A stretch of 32,000 nt of DNA from Zygophlyctis sp. KS116 (GCA_054661495.1 BAAFSQ010000052.1:1-32000); one strand, 5' to 3'. Counted from the first letter of the stretch, positions 12,473-24,355 are shown. The notes: generated by a model not told the origin, from the letters alone. A program made the numbers and translations.

Positions 12473-12637
12473 TTCTTCGTATTTTTCACTGTTCGCCCTG
12501 AACTTGAGACGTTGAACCGATTGCAAATCGCTACAGATTAAATCCAAAATATAATCATATGCAAAAGACATCAGAGTCCATAATAGAAAAAATTCAAGAC
12601 TCTAGATCGAAATATATTATGAGTGCTACAAGTAATA

Positions 12638-13731
12638 CTAAAATGAGAAGCCAGGAAAACTTCCTCCCAACTCTACAGAATCTACATCTACATCACCACC
12701 ATCATTATCATTTGGAGACACAGAATCTAAATTTTGTAATGAATCTAGTAAAAAATCCAAATCAACTGCTTGATTAACAGGCTTCTTATTGATCTCTTGA
12801 TCAGCCGTATGGCTCTGTCTTTGAATAGAATGATTTGATCTATTCATACTATCAGAAGGCGCAGAAAGCCACGAAGGATCAGAAAAAGAAGGAAATGGTG
12901 TATTTTGAGGTATAAATGCACTTATATTCTGCATTGAGTGAAATGAAGAGTTATAAGATGATACAGAGTTCATATCAGACATAAATCCATTATGTGATGG
13001 AATTGGGATTGGAATAGGGCTCCCAAGTTGCACATTAACAATATCCTCCTTGTCTCTCTTCCTTCTAAGTTCAGTATCTGGCATTGGTAAGAATGGTCCT
13101 TTTCTATTTCGTTTTCTAATTACATCTTTTTTCATTGAGAGTGGTCTATTAATTCCATGTAATTTATAAAATAATCCACACGCATTACATAATGAATTCC
13201 CATCCTGATCTCTTCTCCATAATGATGTCTTTGAAGTCCCGCAATTAAAACAAACAGTGAACATGTGTTTTTTTGACTTTATAGGTAAAGAAGAACTCAG
13301 CTTTTCATTATTAGAATTTCTCGACGGTAGAATGATCGATGTAGCTAAACCAGTACTATCAGTAGTATTTGAGATATCAGTATTCAATGGTGATCTTTGA
13401 GTTGTCATATTCATCATTGTCTGATATGCATTTACAGAGGATGCCTGCCTTGTCAAATTTAAATGATCAATCATAGTCTCCAATGATGATGAATAAGTAT
13501 ACTAATATTAATATAAAAAAGTACATCTCTTTCAATTGGCCCATGACCATTATAATTGAAATGTTGAGGAGATTGACAGAGTAAAAGATCAATTGGGTTC
13601 CAATCTATTAAACTGCTCGTACTAATAATAGGCACAGTATCTTGTGCTGGCGGACAATCTTGCTTATTCTTTGATAAGCTTTGTGATAGCAGCGATGTCA
13701 AATTAGAGCAGGTATTGGGAGATCCATTCAT
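12638..13731 (-). CDS. GATA zinc-finger transcription factor, AreA/Gat1/Gln3-like finger
   Basis: [45 protein letters not shown] 23-nt intron (13524-13502) joins the two ORFs. Confidence 0.9.
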
Positions 13732-13787
13732 TTGGGGTCAATGGATTTGTAGGTTAAGTAGCAAGTTTTGAATTTATAGTCGATACA

Positions 13788-14321
13788 ATGCCAGCAAATA
13801 ATAATAATAGCTCTGTATGGAATTTAATCATATCTCGTGCAATCTCTCTATCAGATGAAAATGGTTATATACGCTCAACTACAAATCGTCATGGTATTCA
13901 GGACATTGAAAAAATGATTAGAAAGGGAATGACTAGACCGCTCTCATCAACAGCACCACCTTATAATAAACCAATGGTTCCTGAAGCGATTAATATTGTT
14001 TTTAATAGCAACGAAAATCCTGGATTATTTCACTTGATCCAAAATTTAGAAATCGTTCAGGAAAATCATATAAGTGTGACTTTTGAGTCTATTAGTGAAC
14101 CAAAATTAAAAAGGCTTTGGAGGGCATCATCAGATAATCTTACAGAAAGAAAATGGGAGATTAATCATGAAGCACCACCAAATACGTTAGTATCTATAGT
14201 ATATCTTCAAATTGTTCAAGGACTCCAAAAATTGTATCAAATTTTATACGCTTTATTGATTATAGGTCCTTTGAAATGGTTACTTTCAAAGGAGAAAAGG
14301 AAGAAATTACAATCATCTTGA
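13788..14321 (+). CDS. Hypothetical 177-aa protein
   Basis: Uninterrupted ORF filling the gap between two recognisable genes. No motif recognised. Confidence 0.6.
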   Translation: MPANNNNSSVWNLIISRAISLSDENGYIRSTTNRHGIQDIEKMIRKGMTRPLSSTAPPYNKPMVPEAINIVFNSNENPGLFHLIQNLEIVQENHISVTFESISEPKLKRLWRASSDNLTERKWEINHEAPPNTLVSIVYLQIVQGLQKLYQILYALLIIGPLKWLLSKEKRKKLQSS

Positions 14322-15387
14322 AGCTAGTTTAACTTTCCATTTTGGAGTTATAACATACCATTTCTTTCTTTTAACTGATTTAACACCCTTTGTTTTCCAG
14401 CCCCATGGAGATCTTGGAGCTTTACCTCCTTTAGATTTCTTTCCACCTATACTATAAAAGTAAATTTAGTACCTCCATGAGGATGATCATGCGCATTCAT
14501 GGCAATACCACGAACTGTAGGACGTATTCCTCTTCTACGGCTTGCTCCTGCTTTTCCTAAATTTGTCAATTTATGAGCTTCATTTCCTACAGATCCCATA
14601 GTAGCACATGCTGATAAAGGAATAAGACGTACTTCTTTTGAGACTAATTTAATTTGAGCAAATCCAGCAGTGCTTTTTGAAAGTACTTGAGCAGATGTTC
14701 CTGCTGAACGACAAATAATAGCTTTTCCTTCTTTTGTCAAGGATATATTATGAATGACAGACCCTACTGGAATATCAGCTAATTGAAGGCAATTTCCAGG
14801 CTGAAGTAGGACATTCTTGGGTATTGTTTGATCTTCTTCTGGTGATAATCCATCTCTCCAAGAGTAAATCACATCTCCTGGATTTACTGTAGCAGGTCTA
14901 ATAATATAGGATAATTCATTTGATGATTGATTACGAAGTAATGCTAATTCTGCAGATCTGTTTGGGTCATACTCTAGACGTACAACTGTATGAGGGCCTG
15001 GAATGTTTCTATGAAAATCAATAATTCTAACACGCCTCTTGTGTCCACCTCCTCTATGCCTGACAGTGATCCTACCGGAACAATTCCTTCCACCAGTAGA
15101 TCTCTTTCCAAAACTCAATCGCAAAACTGGTCGGCCAGGATGTAAATGAAATCTAGTGGGATGGCGACGGTTTGCTAGCCCTGGAGTGACTGGCTTATAT
15201 ATTTTCATGTCCCCAACAACTTTCCAAAATCTATTTTCTAAGACGTGCCGTTTGACGGGAGCTGGTTTTCCTTCTGCTATACTCGCCTCCCGAAATTTGA
15301 AGAAGCGCTGCCTAATAATTAGAAATATTGGGATTTTTACTGTGCTTTGGTCGATCGCTTGACAAATGTCTTTGATCGGATAGACAT
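14313..15387 (-). CDS. RML2: Mitochondrial ribosomal protein uL2m
   Basis: GRITVRHRGGGHKR, EYDPNRSA, RPTVRGIAMNAHDHPHGGG. Introns 15340-15312 and 14472-14447. Basic N-terminal presequence. Confidence 0.92.
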
Positions 15388-15480
15388 TACAAGTCTAGGC
15401 AGTGCCAACAATCTCATCTGGAAATAAGCTTTTTAAATTCAAAAAAAACTTTATAGCCCTACACATTGAAAGAAGATAAC

Positions 15481-17239
15481 TTAGTCCGAATCTATAATAA
15501 GTATTGGATCATCAGTCGACACAACAGTATTATGGAGTTTACTTGTGCGCTTCCGTTTTCTAGTTGAATCAAGGCGTTTTTTACTCCATTCTTCAATCTT
15601 GGTGATGAGATGCTCCTGTAGATTTTCATTATTAGTGCAATTAAATTCTTTAAAAGATTTCAAAACTAATTCTTCCACCTAAAATTTAAAAACTTTAAAA
15701 TTACTTCGGAGCGTATGGTAGAGTCTGTAATCTCATAGGCATGAAGAATTGTTGATTGTCGACGCTCGGTATCTACATATTCCCATTTCCCATCTGGAAA
15801 TACTTGAATTTTTTCAATGTTTGCAGGAATTTGAGGAAGTAATTTATCATAGAATTCATCAAAGCATAAAGATGACCAACTACGGTATCGGTTACAAACA
15901 GGACATATAAACTGCTCCGAATTCACATTTAGAGTAAACCAAATCTTCAAGTCAAATGATTGTAAATGTTTGCAGTCTATAGAGTGACCAGGAGTCTCTA
16001 TTCTTGTAAGAGAAAGTGGATCACGAAGGGTAATAATTTCAGAAGTTGATTCTAGTTCATCATCTTGATCTCTTTTTGACAAGGAATCTAGTAATTTAAT
16101 TTATAATATTTTTTACTTGTCTTTTTTTCTGGTATTGCTTTTTTGATAATTTGATCTACTCGTTGATCAATGCTCAACATTTCTACTAGTTCAATTGAGA
16201 TAAGAATAAATCCATCGGCATTAGAGGGAGTCCAAGAAATCTTGAAAGTATTTGTAAACTCTTTTGAAAACATTGTTAGATCCGCACTAACCACTGCATT
16301 TGCAACAGTATTGTTTAAGATCATGTACCTCTTTACAATTAACAAAAAATCTTATCTTACTTCTTGATATATACAAGTTGAGTTTATAAAGGTTTTTAAA
16401 TGCTTTGGTAATGACACAGGGATTGTAATTTCCTTTCCATTTTCTACCGTATCAATTGTTTTAATATTAGCAATAAAAACTCTGATTTTACAGTCCTTTT
16501 TTAAACGATCGAAATCATACTTTTCTAAATTGAAATAGATTGGTGATTGCATAATTGAAGAATCCATGACTACGTGACGCTTGATAGTTTTGATGGTGGC
16601 AAAAGTAGGAGGTTTTTCAAATACATAATGACTAAATCTCTTAATATCCAAAACAGCTGCAGGAACTACCTTTGCTGGATTAAGCTGTTTGAATTTCATA
16701 ATAGGAAAAGATTTCAGTTTAGCATTTGTGTTCTGCTCCGCTGGTACTTCTGCCAGAGCATTCGTACTTCGTACTGAGGTTGTAGGTGATATATTTGCAG
16801 CTCTGGTTAACGGATCTTCATCCAATTGAGATGCTGTAGTTGTGGGAGTAGAATCTAAAGGGTCAGTATTCAATTGAGAAGAATCCGAAAGTGGTGCTTC
16901 AGAAAATAGAGAGTATTCATGCATTGGAGGAGGCGAAAAAACAGTCACTTGATAGCCATCTATATCTCTGATTGTATGTAAATTTAAGACTTGAATGACA
17001 TCAATTCTTCCACTTTTAGCAATTGCATTTGCAAACATCTTTAACGGAGCCTTGTTCCCTGTATTATAGGCGAGCGAAGCCTTGTGAAATGCACACCAAA
17101 ACTTGGCCAAAAGAAAAGGCTTATTCCCGCTTGGAGATATATGTAAAGAGTTTAGAAATACTTTGAGGTCAGCTACTTTCATTCTATGGAAGACTGTAGT
17201 CGTAAGCTCATTTGAGATTTCTGGACTATATACACTCAT
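15481..17239 (-). CDS. SIZ1: Siz/PIAS SUMO E3 ligase (SAP-like + SP-RING)
   Basis: SAP-like MKVADLK..L..SGNK..L. SP-RING LRDPLSLTRI..C.HLQSFD..CPVC. SIM-like ILIIDSD at the C-terminus. Introns 16360-16331, 16116-16088, 15704-15679. Confidence 0.85.
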
Positions 17240-17254
17240 CCGAAAAATGAAAAA

Positions 17255-18235
17255 TTATAACAATCTTTCACCTAAAGCACATCTAGTCAATGACAATCCA
17301 ACACCGATCGTCGTAGCAGAGGCAACAGCATCTCCAATAATTGGATTTACTTCCATAATATCCACAGCAACTAGACAACCAGACTCTGCAAGAACTTCAT
17401 TGATATAATGACCTTCTCTAAAAGTCAATCCTCCACGAACAGGTGTTCCGGTAGAAGGACAAACTGATGGATCTAATGCATCGACATCAAAACTAAGATG
17501 AATTGGAGAATCACGACCCAAATAATCCAATGCTAAATCCATAATTTTCCCTATACCATATTTATCTACTTCATGCATTGAATAAGCACGAATATTAAAC
17601 CGTTTTAATAATTCTTTTTCTCCAGGATCCACATCTCGAAGACCAATATATACCAAGCGGCTTGGATGTAACTTGGTACTGGGTAACCACTCATCAAATT
17701 TCTCATTTGAAGCTAAACCCATTAAAAATGAAAGTGGCATTCCATGAAGATTTCCAGTAGTAGTTGTTTCTGGAGTATTAATATCAGCATGTGCATCCAC
17801 CCAAAGTACACCTACATTAGGGTAAACTGATAACGATCCAGAAATAGTTCCCATTGCTAATGAGTGATCTCCTCCGATTGTTAAAGCGAGGTTTCCCTTG
17901 GAACATGTTTCAGAGACTTGCTTCATAACATCTTTTGTAACTGCAGACGTATATCTAACGTTTTTCAACGGTGGAGGAACAGAGGTCAACTCTTCCATTG
18001 TATGAGTAGAGGGAGCAGGCTTAAGATGATCATAAGTTAATAGAGTATTAGGATCAACAACAACTTCCCATCCAAGTTTTTCTAATTGCGAGACTAATCC
18101 AGCTTCCATCTATGATTTAAACACTATAATAATTACCAATGATGAAGGACCGCCTTCTACACCTCCTTTAGGCTGACCACCGCTAAATCCTCCAGCAATA
18201 ATTCCAACAGTTTTAGGAGTCTTTACAAATTTCAT
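17255..18235 (-). CDS. CAR1: Arginase
   Basis: GGDHS, DAHADIN, GNLHGMP, SFDVDALDP. First exon MKFVK..GQPKGGVEGGP joined by a 27-nt intron (18136-18110). Confidence 0.95.
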
Positions 18236-18255
18236 CGAGGTTGAGGTGAAGTTTG

Positions 18256-18877
18256 ATGAGCACTTGCACAGTGACTAGACAAACATCGGAGACTGATATA
18301 TCAGTCACCATTGATCTTCGACCCACCGGAAATCAAACCATAGTTATTAATACTGGGATCGGGTTTCTGGATCATATGCTAACAGCTCTCGCAAAACATG
18401 CGCATTGGTCCTTGGAAATATCATGTAAAGGAGACTTGCATATTGATGATCATCATACTTGTGAGGATGTTGCATTGGCTTTAGGAAATGCTTTTAAAGG
18501 TGCTCTTGGGCCACCAAAAGGGATCAAAAGATTTGGAGTCGGGTTTGCTCCTTTAGATGAGGCACTTTCTAGAGCTGTTGTTGATATTTCAGGTAGACCT
18601 CATGCTTCTATAGATTTGGGATTGAAAAGAGAGAGTTTGGGATCCATGAGCTGTGAAATGGTTCCACACGTCTTTGAATCTTTTGCAACTTCTGCTGGAC
18701 TAACTCTGCATGTGGACGTTCTTAAAGGTTTTAACGATCATCATAGGTAAACAAGTATATTTACAAAAAAGAGCTGAATCCTCATTCAAGGCACTAGCAA
18801 TTGCTTTAAGGGAAGCAATCACATTTACACAATTTACAAATATTGTTCCCTCCACAAAGGGATCTTTATCAATTTGA
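18256..18877 (+). CDS. HIS3: Imidazoleglycerol-phosphate dehydratase
   Basis: [18 protein letters not shown], and NDHHR|AESSFKA across a 25-nt intron (18747-18771). Ends VPSTKG. Confidence 0.95.
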
Positions 18878-18890
18878 TTAGATAAAGGGA

Positions 18891-19607
18891 CTAATCGGTT
18901 TTGTTTTCAGGAGTTTGAGTTTCATTCAAGGAGAAACGAGAAGATCTTCTCTTATAGGTGGGTTTCCAATGACTAGATTCGACAGATTCCCTATTAATTG
19001 TGAAACGTCCCACTTTTGCTTCTACAGGACCTCCTTCCGGTACAAACATTCTTGGACCTGATGGAGAAAATGCAGTAGGCGATTTTGATATATAACCATC
19101 ATCCATTCCAAATCCTGACAGTTGAGCTACATAATGTGTCCTGTGTCTATGGCTCAGTGGACTGATTGGGCTAATCAATGGAGCACAAATATTTACAGAA
19201 GTATTAATAGCAAAAGGCCCTCCAATTCTTTTGAGGCCCTTGCTATTTCCTTTCAATAGATCATCATTAGAATCTTTAGTTTCAGTATGATTGTATCCTA
19301 TACTATTTGATCTCTGTTGAGATTTAAAAGTCTTAAATGGCAGTGATTGACTAGAAACATTCTGATTTTCAAACTCTTTCAAGTTTGAATCTTGGGATTC
19401 TTCACCAGGCGATGGAAGATATTCTTCCAATCTCTTTCGATACCATTGGAATATACCCCACTGTTTCCTACTAGATGCCTCATTTGTCTTTGTTCCCTGA
19501 TTTCCGATATTATTCTTGATTGGAACATCTTGAAATGAGCCAGCATTAGATGCTGTAGTTTCTGATTGCCTTGTAACTAATCCAAACAAGTTGTATAGTT
19601 TAGTCAT
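18891..19607 (-). CDS. Hypothetical Ser-rich, probably disordered protein (238 aa)
   Basis: Uninterrupted ORF with SP repeats and a GRFTI motif. Confidence 0.65.
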   Translation of the reverse strand: MTKLYNLFGLVTRQSETTASNAGSFQDVPIKNNIGNQGTKTNEASSRKQWGIFQWYRKRLEEYLPSPGEESQDSNLKEFENQNVSSQSLPFKTFKSQQRSNSIGYNHTETKDSNDDLLKGNSKGLKRIGGPFAINTSVNICAPLISPISPLSHRHRTHYVAQLSGFGMDDGYISKSPTAFSPSGPRMFVPEGGPVEAKVGRFTINRESVESSHWKPTYKRRSSRFSLNETQTPENKTD

Positions 19608-19778
19608 GTTAAGTTTTTTTGGAACTAAAAATAGAAAAGTGCCGCATTATAAGGCAGCCTGCATTTAAATAGAATAATAGAATGCATAATACATTCTTCA
19701 ATGCAGCTTAAAACACTACTAGTTTTTTAGTCGTTCGGATCCATAACAAGATCTGCACATTAAATCCCCTAGCTGAAA

Positions 19779-20404
19779 ATGTCTCATCATGCGGATCTGT
19801 TTGGTTCGATTCCACATGCAAAGTATAATATAATTTTTAAATCTTTAGAGTTTCTTTTGAGTCTCCTCCCCCATCAAGAACTGGCAACTGGTCTGGTTCA
19901 CCTTCTGGTTCAAGTTTGAACTCAAAGTATAGTGATTGGGTAAGTAAGATGAAAGATTGGACTAACGTAAATCTTACTCCAGACTCAAATATGGATATAT
20001 CAGAGTCCCAAAGGAAAAAGAGATCCGGACTCGACACAGCACGATTTACTAAGAAATCACGGCCAATTGCTAGTGAATTGTATTCTAGAAAGGTTGTTTA
20101 TTCAAACATATCTCTAAAGAATAAATCAAATTCTATGAATGGATCTCTCAAAAAAGGTTTTAGATCTGGTTCTGGATCAAGCAATAATAATCCTTTTTTA
20201 GCAGAAAAGTTGGTAATTAATGATTTTAAACGCTCTTTGTATTCTAAACCAGAGACTGATGCTTCTTTTTCAACTACTGGTAATGGGTCTAGTGGATTAC
20301 TAGATGAAATATATCAGGCAAAGGATGATACAGAAGACCAAGGAATTTTATTCTTTAATGATGATATTCAAGAATTGTATGGATCTGATTATGAATTGTT
20401 TTAA
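19779..20404 (+). CDS. Hypothetical low-complexity protein
   Basis: ATG 19779 and a 26-nt intron (19823-19848) join in frame to ORF 19916..20404. Confidence 0.65.
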
Positions 20405-20420
20405 ATAAAAGAAAAATTCA

Positions 20421-20475
20421 ATGTCCGAAATATGACTTGCAGCGCTCACCTAGCGCTATGACCCTACAGATCTGA
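20421..20475 (+). promoter_or_regulatory. Three chained short uORFs upstream of the amino-acid permease
   Basis: MSEI* 20421-20435, MTCSAHLAL* 20432-20461, MTLQI* 20458-20475, linked by ATGA overlaps. Whether they are transcribed is unknown. Confidence 0.35.
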
Positions 20476-20477
20476 AA

Positions 20478-22130
20478 ATGAATGGTACAAAGGAACTAAC
20501 AGAAGATCAGTTATTAAAGGAAATTGGAGAGTTTGTTGATGAAGATGAGGCCTTGATCGCTGCTGACAGTCCAATCGTTCCAGATTTAAGTATACCACTA
20601 AGCGCTACGATCCATGAAAATCATTTGGATAGATCAATAAGTCTTTGGTCGGGTATATGGATTATTATTGCATCTACTATTGGGTCGGGTATATTTGCTT
20701 CACCCGGAATTGTCTTTGGTTACACGAAATCAGTAGGTTCCGCATTATTGGTTTGGATTGTTGCAGGTCTTTTATCAATAACTGGAGCATTGTGTTATGC
20801 AGAGCTCGGATCAATGATGCCAATCTCTGGTGGAGAATTCACATACTTATTGAGGGCGTATGGATCTCTAGGTGCATTTTTGTTTTCTTTTGCAAATATT
20901 TTGATTTCAAGGCCTGCTTCAACTGCGATTTTATCTCTTACTTTTGGTCAATATGTAGCTAAATTATTTGACTCATCCAGCTCTTTTCTTGTGAATTTTA
21001 TAGCTGTTACAGCAATTATTTGTATTTGTTCATTAAACATATTCTCTGCACGGGTAGCAGTGTTTGCGCAAGGTTGGCTTTGATTTAATTTTGATTATAT
21101 TAGATATTTTAGCTGGCATTAAATTATTTGCGCTGTTGATGATAAGTTTATTTGGTATTCTGTACATGTTTACTGTAAATCTATGGTTATAATTATACTA
21201 GAGCTCTAATCAACTGCCCACTTTTTGGTTTAATACAGCCTCTACATCATCCGGTGATTATGCGTTGGCTATATATTCTGCGCTTTGGGCATATGATGGA
21301 TGGAACTCTCTGAATTTAGTCTGTGAAGAATTAAAAAATCCTAGAGAGAATTTACCAAAGGCAGTTGTTGGTGGACCATTTCTCGTCATGATTTGTTACT
21401 TTTTTACAAACTTGGGATATTTTACAGTTTTGGAACCTTCTCATGTCCAATATTCAAAGGCAATTGCTATCGATTTTGGGCAGGTTGTATTTGGGGCGAA
21501 TTTCGGACGTTTATTGTTTACAGTCATAGTAAGCTTAGCATGCGCTAGTGCTGCGCACGCAAATGTATTTTCTGGCTCTCGAATAATCTGGGTGAGTTTT
21601 TTTCATCATAATGATAGAATTCATCACGCAATCATGAAATTCCAGAAATATTTTCTCGAATTCATGAGAATTACGGGACTCCGCATTATGCAATACTATT
21701 ACTTGGCTTAGAATCTATAGTGTTTGTAATTTTGGGGGATATTCCATCTCTTATCACACTTAATGGAATGATTGCCTTACCATTCTATTGGCTCAGTGCC
21801 ATGGCTCTAATTGTATTACGTTTCAAAGAACCAAATACGCTCCGTCCTTTTAAAAACTGGCTCATTATTCCAATAGTATTTTCAACTGTATCATTTCTGG
21901 TGATAATATATGGTGTAATGAGCTCTCCTTCACAGGCTCTAGTATCTTTGGCAGTTTTTGGAATTGGTGCTGGCGTTTGGTCACTTGATGAAAAAACTAT
22001 TGTAATTATAAAATCTCGCTTGATCGAATGGTTTCATTCATTAAAGTCGAGGTTAACAGGGTCAACCAGGAAGGAATACATACATGCATCAAGCGATGGT
22101 ATATCACTGACTGATTTCAATACGGAATAA
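20478..22130 (+). CDS. APC superfamily, LAT/SLC7-type amino-acid transporter (Mup1-like)
   Basis: IGSGIF, GALCYAELG, SGGE..YL, LWAYDGWN, LR.KEP...RPFK. Introns 21073-21103, 21175-21201, 21592-21617. Confidence 0.9.
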
Positions 22131-22164
22131 TAATTGGTGACGTAAAGTTGTAATCATTTTAACA

Positions 22165-23740
22165 ATGATTAAAAATGATCGTGAATCAAAAGAAAATAGA
22201 GCTTCAAACAGCTCTAGAGATACCCGTAATGCAATTAACATTTCCAATACAAACAAATTAGAATCGTAATTATAAATGATTGATGTAATAGTTTATCCCT
22301 TTCAACGCCAAATCTGAATTTACCAATTCGCTTTAAGACAGATATGAGAAATACCGTCTGGGATGTTCTTCGGGATCGCAGCTGGAAGGAAGTAGACAGC
22401 TGTGATAGCGATTGGGATTTCTATTGGGCTCCGGTGACCTGGGTCCATGAGCAGTAATAACTTAATCAATTGACGTCAGATTTGATCATATGTACTTAGG
22501 CGAAAATCAAAAGATCAATCATTATCGTAATCATTACGAGGTATATTTTTCGTGTCCTGAATGTTAGCTTACCAGGAAAGATTTGCTGGTTAAAAATGTG
22601 AAGCGAATGATTCGAACAGTTGAGAAAGAATTTGGTAAGGCTGAGGCTGCAAAGTTTGATTTCATTTCTACATCATATGCGTTGCCACAAGAGCATGCTC
22701 TATTCCAAGAAGAATTTAAACGGAATAGTGGAGGTGTTTGGATCATGAAGCCTGTCGGCAAAGCACAAGGGAAGGGGATTTTTCTCATAAATAAATTAAG
22801 TCAAATATCTGGCTGGAAGAAAGATCCACGTCTTAAAAATGGAAAAGCAACCACGACAGATCCCCCTGAAGAAGGTCCAGAAGCATATATAGTTCAAAGA
22901 TACATTGATAATCCGTATCTAATTGGTGGTAAACAATTTATGGAGCTTATCAAAAGGAAAAAAGTTTGATATCCGAATCTACGTTTTAGTTACTTCATAC
23001 TATCCCCTTCAAATCTATATTCACAGAAATGGATTTTGTCGTTTTTCAAATACTCAATTTAGTATGAACTCTAAAGACATATCTAATCTTTGTAAAATTA
23101 TAAAACATCTAAATCTAGATATACACGCCACTAATGTTGCAATCCAAAAAACAGCACCAAACTATGATAGCGATAAGGGATGCAAATGGCTTCTTAGGAA
23201 TTTAAAATTATATCTTACATCAAAACATGGAAAATCATCTGTAGATGCTCTATTTACAGATATGGAAGCACTTATTGTTCGAAGTTTGATGAGTGTACAA
23301 AAAGTAATGATCAACGATAAGCATTGCTTTGAATTGTATAATTATATTTTTTAATCGTTTAGATATGGATATGATATACTTATAGATGATGCTCTTAAAC
23401 CGTAACATTTTTAGGTATTAATATTAGATGGCTCTTAGAAGTTAATGCATCACCTTCTCTCTCTGCAGAGACTCAATTTGATTATGACCTAAAGTATGGA
23501 ATGTTGAGTGATGTATTTGATGTTATTGATTTGGAGAAAAAGTTTGCCCATGAAAAACGACTTCGGACACGAGTTGGAGGATTTGATCTAGTCTATAATG
23601 ATGGATCTATCAAACAAGAAAAGACTTCAAACTACGCATCATACTTGGGAAGTTACAATCCTGTAATGCGAGCCCCTAGAATAAAGAAAAGATTTGCAGC
23701 ATCAATGAATTCACTTTTAAATAGTAATCATAGTATTTAG
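22165..23740 (+). CDS. TTLL9: Tubulin polyglutamylase, TTLL9-like
   Basis: IRFKT..NT..DVL, WDFYW, NHYELTRK, WIMKP..KAQGKGIFL, KFDIR, CFELYGYD, WLLEVNASPS. Introns 22266-22291, 22454-22479, 22541-22567, 22929-22956, 23092-23118, 23336-23362, 23402-23427. Confidence 0.88.
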
Positions 23741-23752
23741 AATTAGAATAAA

Positions 23753-24133
23753 TCAATAACCCAATGGACTATAGTATGCTAGACCCGTAAGATTGTACCT
23801 ATAAATCAGATAAACAATAATCCACGATAAGAATATTATTAAAAATAGGATTGATCCATAGAGTGAAAGCACTTGATCTAATACTTAAAAGAAAATAGTA
23901 CATTGCTTGATATCCTTATTCAAGTTTGGAAAATCTCTAGTGATTGGCGCCAAATATAAATAGTTGATCAACCATATCCAAGGAAGCAGGGCGAATCCCA
24001 GATAAAAATACCGTGTAGCAACTTTTAAGAGTTCGTCTTCTTTGAGATTTAATCTCTTAATTTTTGGAGTAATATTCATCTCCGGCTTTTGGCCCAATAC
24101 GAAGCGGTCTAGTTTTTGTATGAAATTCTGCAT
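23753..24133 (-). CDS. PSENEN: Gamma-secretase subunit PEN-2
   Basis: RYFYLGFALLPWIWLIN, I..Y across a 24-nt intron (23901-23878), a second TM helix, and a C-terminal PLG. Confidence 0.85.
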
Positions 24134-24227
24134 TTAGGAAACACAATGATTAGAAACGATATGATTGGTTATCGAATCTTACACGTTGAAAGTTCGTGTC
24201 ATCGGGAGATTCGCTCACCTTTATGCA

Positions 24228-24274
24228 GATAACTCATGGAATAACTCATTCTGATAATTAATGGGATAACTTAT
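24228..24274. repeat. Four imperfect tandem copies of RATAAYTHAT
   Basis: gataactcat 24228, aataactcat 24240, gataattaat 24253, gataacttat 24265 (spacing 12, 13, 12). Confidence 0.6.
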
Positions 24275-24355
24275 GAAATTCTAATAAGTACTGTCAATAT
24301 TTCATTTATTGATCAGTTCAAATCGCAGTTGATTCCAAGATTCATAAAAAGTTCT

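Noticed and set aside
2996-17260. Spliced-leader trans-splicing to explain operon-like spacing
   Set aside because: There is no AG acceptor just upstream of the AASDH or SIZ1 ATGs. Only the 29893 junction has one.
19659-19706. Possible hairpin (ctgcatt..aatgcag) in a divergent intergenic region
   Set aside because: Only a 7-bp stem in AT-rich DNA, with no tRNA or snoRNA hallmarks.
12638-22130. Nitrogen-metabolism gene cluster (GATA factor, arginase, HIS3, permease)
   Set aside because: The genes are interleaved with unrelated ones (RML2, SIZ1, orphans) and do not form one pathway.
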